DNA of 64,000 bases from Octopus sinensis (Eukaryota), in contig NC_043002.1 of NCBI RefSeq assembly GCF_006345805.1, positions 68,758,001 to 68,822,000 on the forward strand. Direction: 5' to 3'. This document shows positions 63,234-64,000 of this stretch, piece by piece. Made by a program: the position numbers and the translations under genes. The notes beneath the pieces were generated by a model. That model was given only the letters and a program-made list of their open reading frames with translations, was not told the origin of the DNA and ran no database searches. Numbering within the stretch: the stretch's first letter is position 1; each line of letters begins with the position of its first letter.

Positions 63234-64000
63234 TATTTTTTCATTTTCCTGAGCATCAAACTAATACACCTGCTTGTTGTTCATACCCCTATTTTCGTCT
63301 TTTGTTTTTCTATAAATTTCAACTATACACATACACACACACACTCAAAAGATTACAACTTCCCCCAATATAGACAACTGGTAGAATAAATTCCAATAAA
63401 GCACTGAGTTGAGACAAATACATCACATCTAATACTATTTTCTCGGACAAGAGATGTTTAATGGTGTGGTGATAAGCTGACCAGAAAATGACAATATCTT
63501 CAGTAAATCATTATGAAACTCAAACTTAATGTAGTCTAACTATAGATCTTTCATCATTCCACTTGTGGTAAGTCTGGTAAAAGATAACTTCACAGTAATC
63601 CTTAAAGTTTAGGGTTCTTTAAAATGCTTAATGAAATATTCTCAAACGAAGTTATTTGGTGTGATAAACACATGTCTGTATATGCATATATGCTTATGCA
63701 TAAACATATGAATAGAAATTTTATAAAAACAGCTTGCCATTGTTAACAACTTGTTCTATTGCAAGAAAACCAATTTAATAAACAAATGAAAGATGTATGC
63801 TTCTTATCCACTCAAATTAACACATACATATCATCATCATCATTTAACGTCTGTTTTTCATGCTAGCACGGGTTGGATGGTTCGAATGGGGTCTGGGAAG
63901 CCAGGAGGCTGCACTAGGCTCCAGTCTGATCTGGCAGTGTTTCTACAGCTGGATGCCCTTCCTAACGCCAACCACTGTGAGTGTAGTGGGTGCTTTTTAT

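Overview
Repeat-dense, AT-rich metazoan genomic DNA, most likely octopus or another coleoid cephalopod. That call rests on my recognition of the SINE, RTE and microsatellite landscape, not on a database search. The only supportable host gene is the 3' part of a KLHDC4 (kelch domain-containing 4 / yeast Kel3) ortholog on the minus strand. It has 8 coding exons between 61845 and 45942, all GT-AG and phase-compatible, totalling 1261 nt (419 codons plus stop); the 5' exons lie beyond base 64000. The rest is a mosaic of: several tRNA-headed SINE families; RTE, Tx1/L1, L2/CR1-group and Penelope-like retroelement fragments; mariner, pogo, hAT and piggyBac-type MITEs; Helitron/Helentron-like elements; fold-back palindromes; micro- and minisatellites. 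The most notable signal is a set of hammerhead-ribozyme motifs tied to Penelope-like ends. One is a near-perfect 129-bp palindrome with an intact hammerhead core on both strands. Another lies downstream of a tRNA-like Pol III promoter at the end of a Penelope GIY-YIG ORF. Other highlights: a 3' tail shared between a Tx1-like LINE and a SINE, an inverted duplication with an internal deletion, a 45-bp templated insertion, a duplicated intronic snoRNA candidate and a telomere-repeat-filled fold-back cassette. Repeat boundaries are approximate unless a TSD or TIR is quoted.
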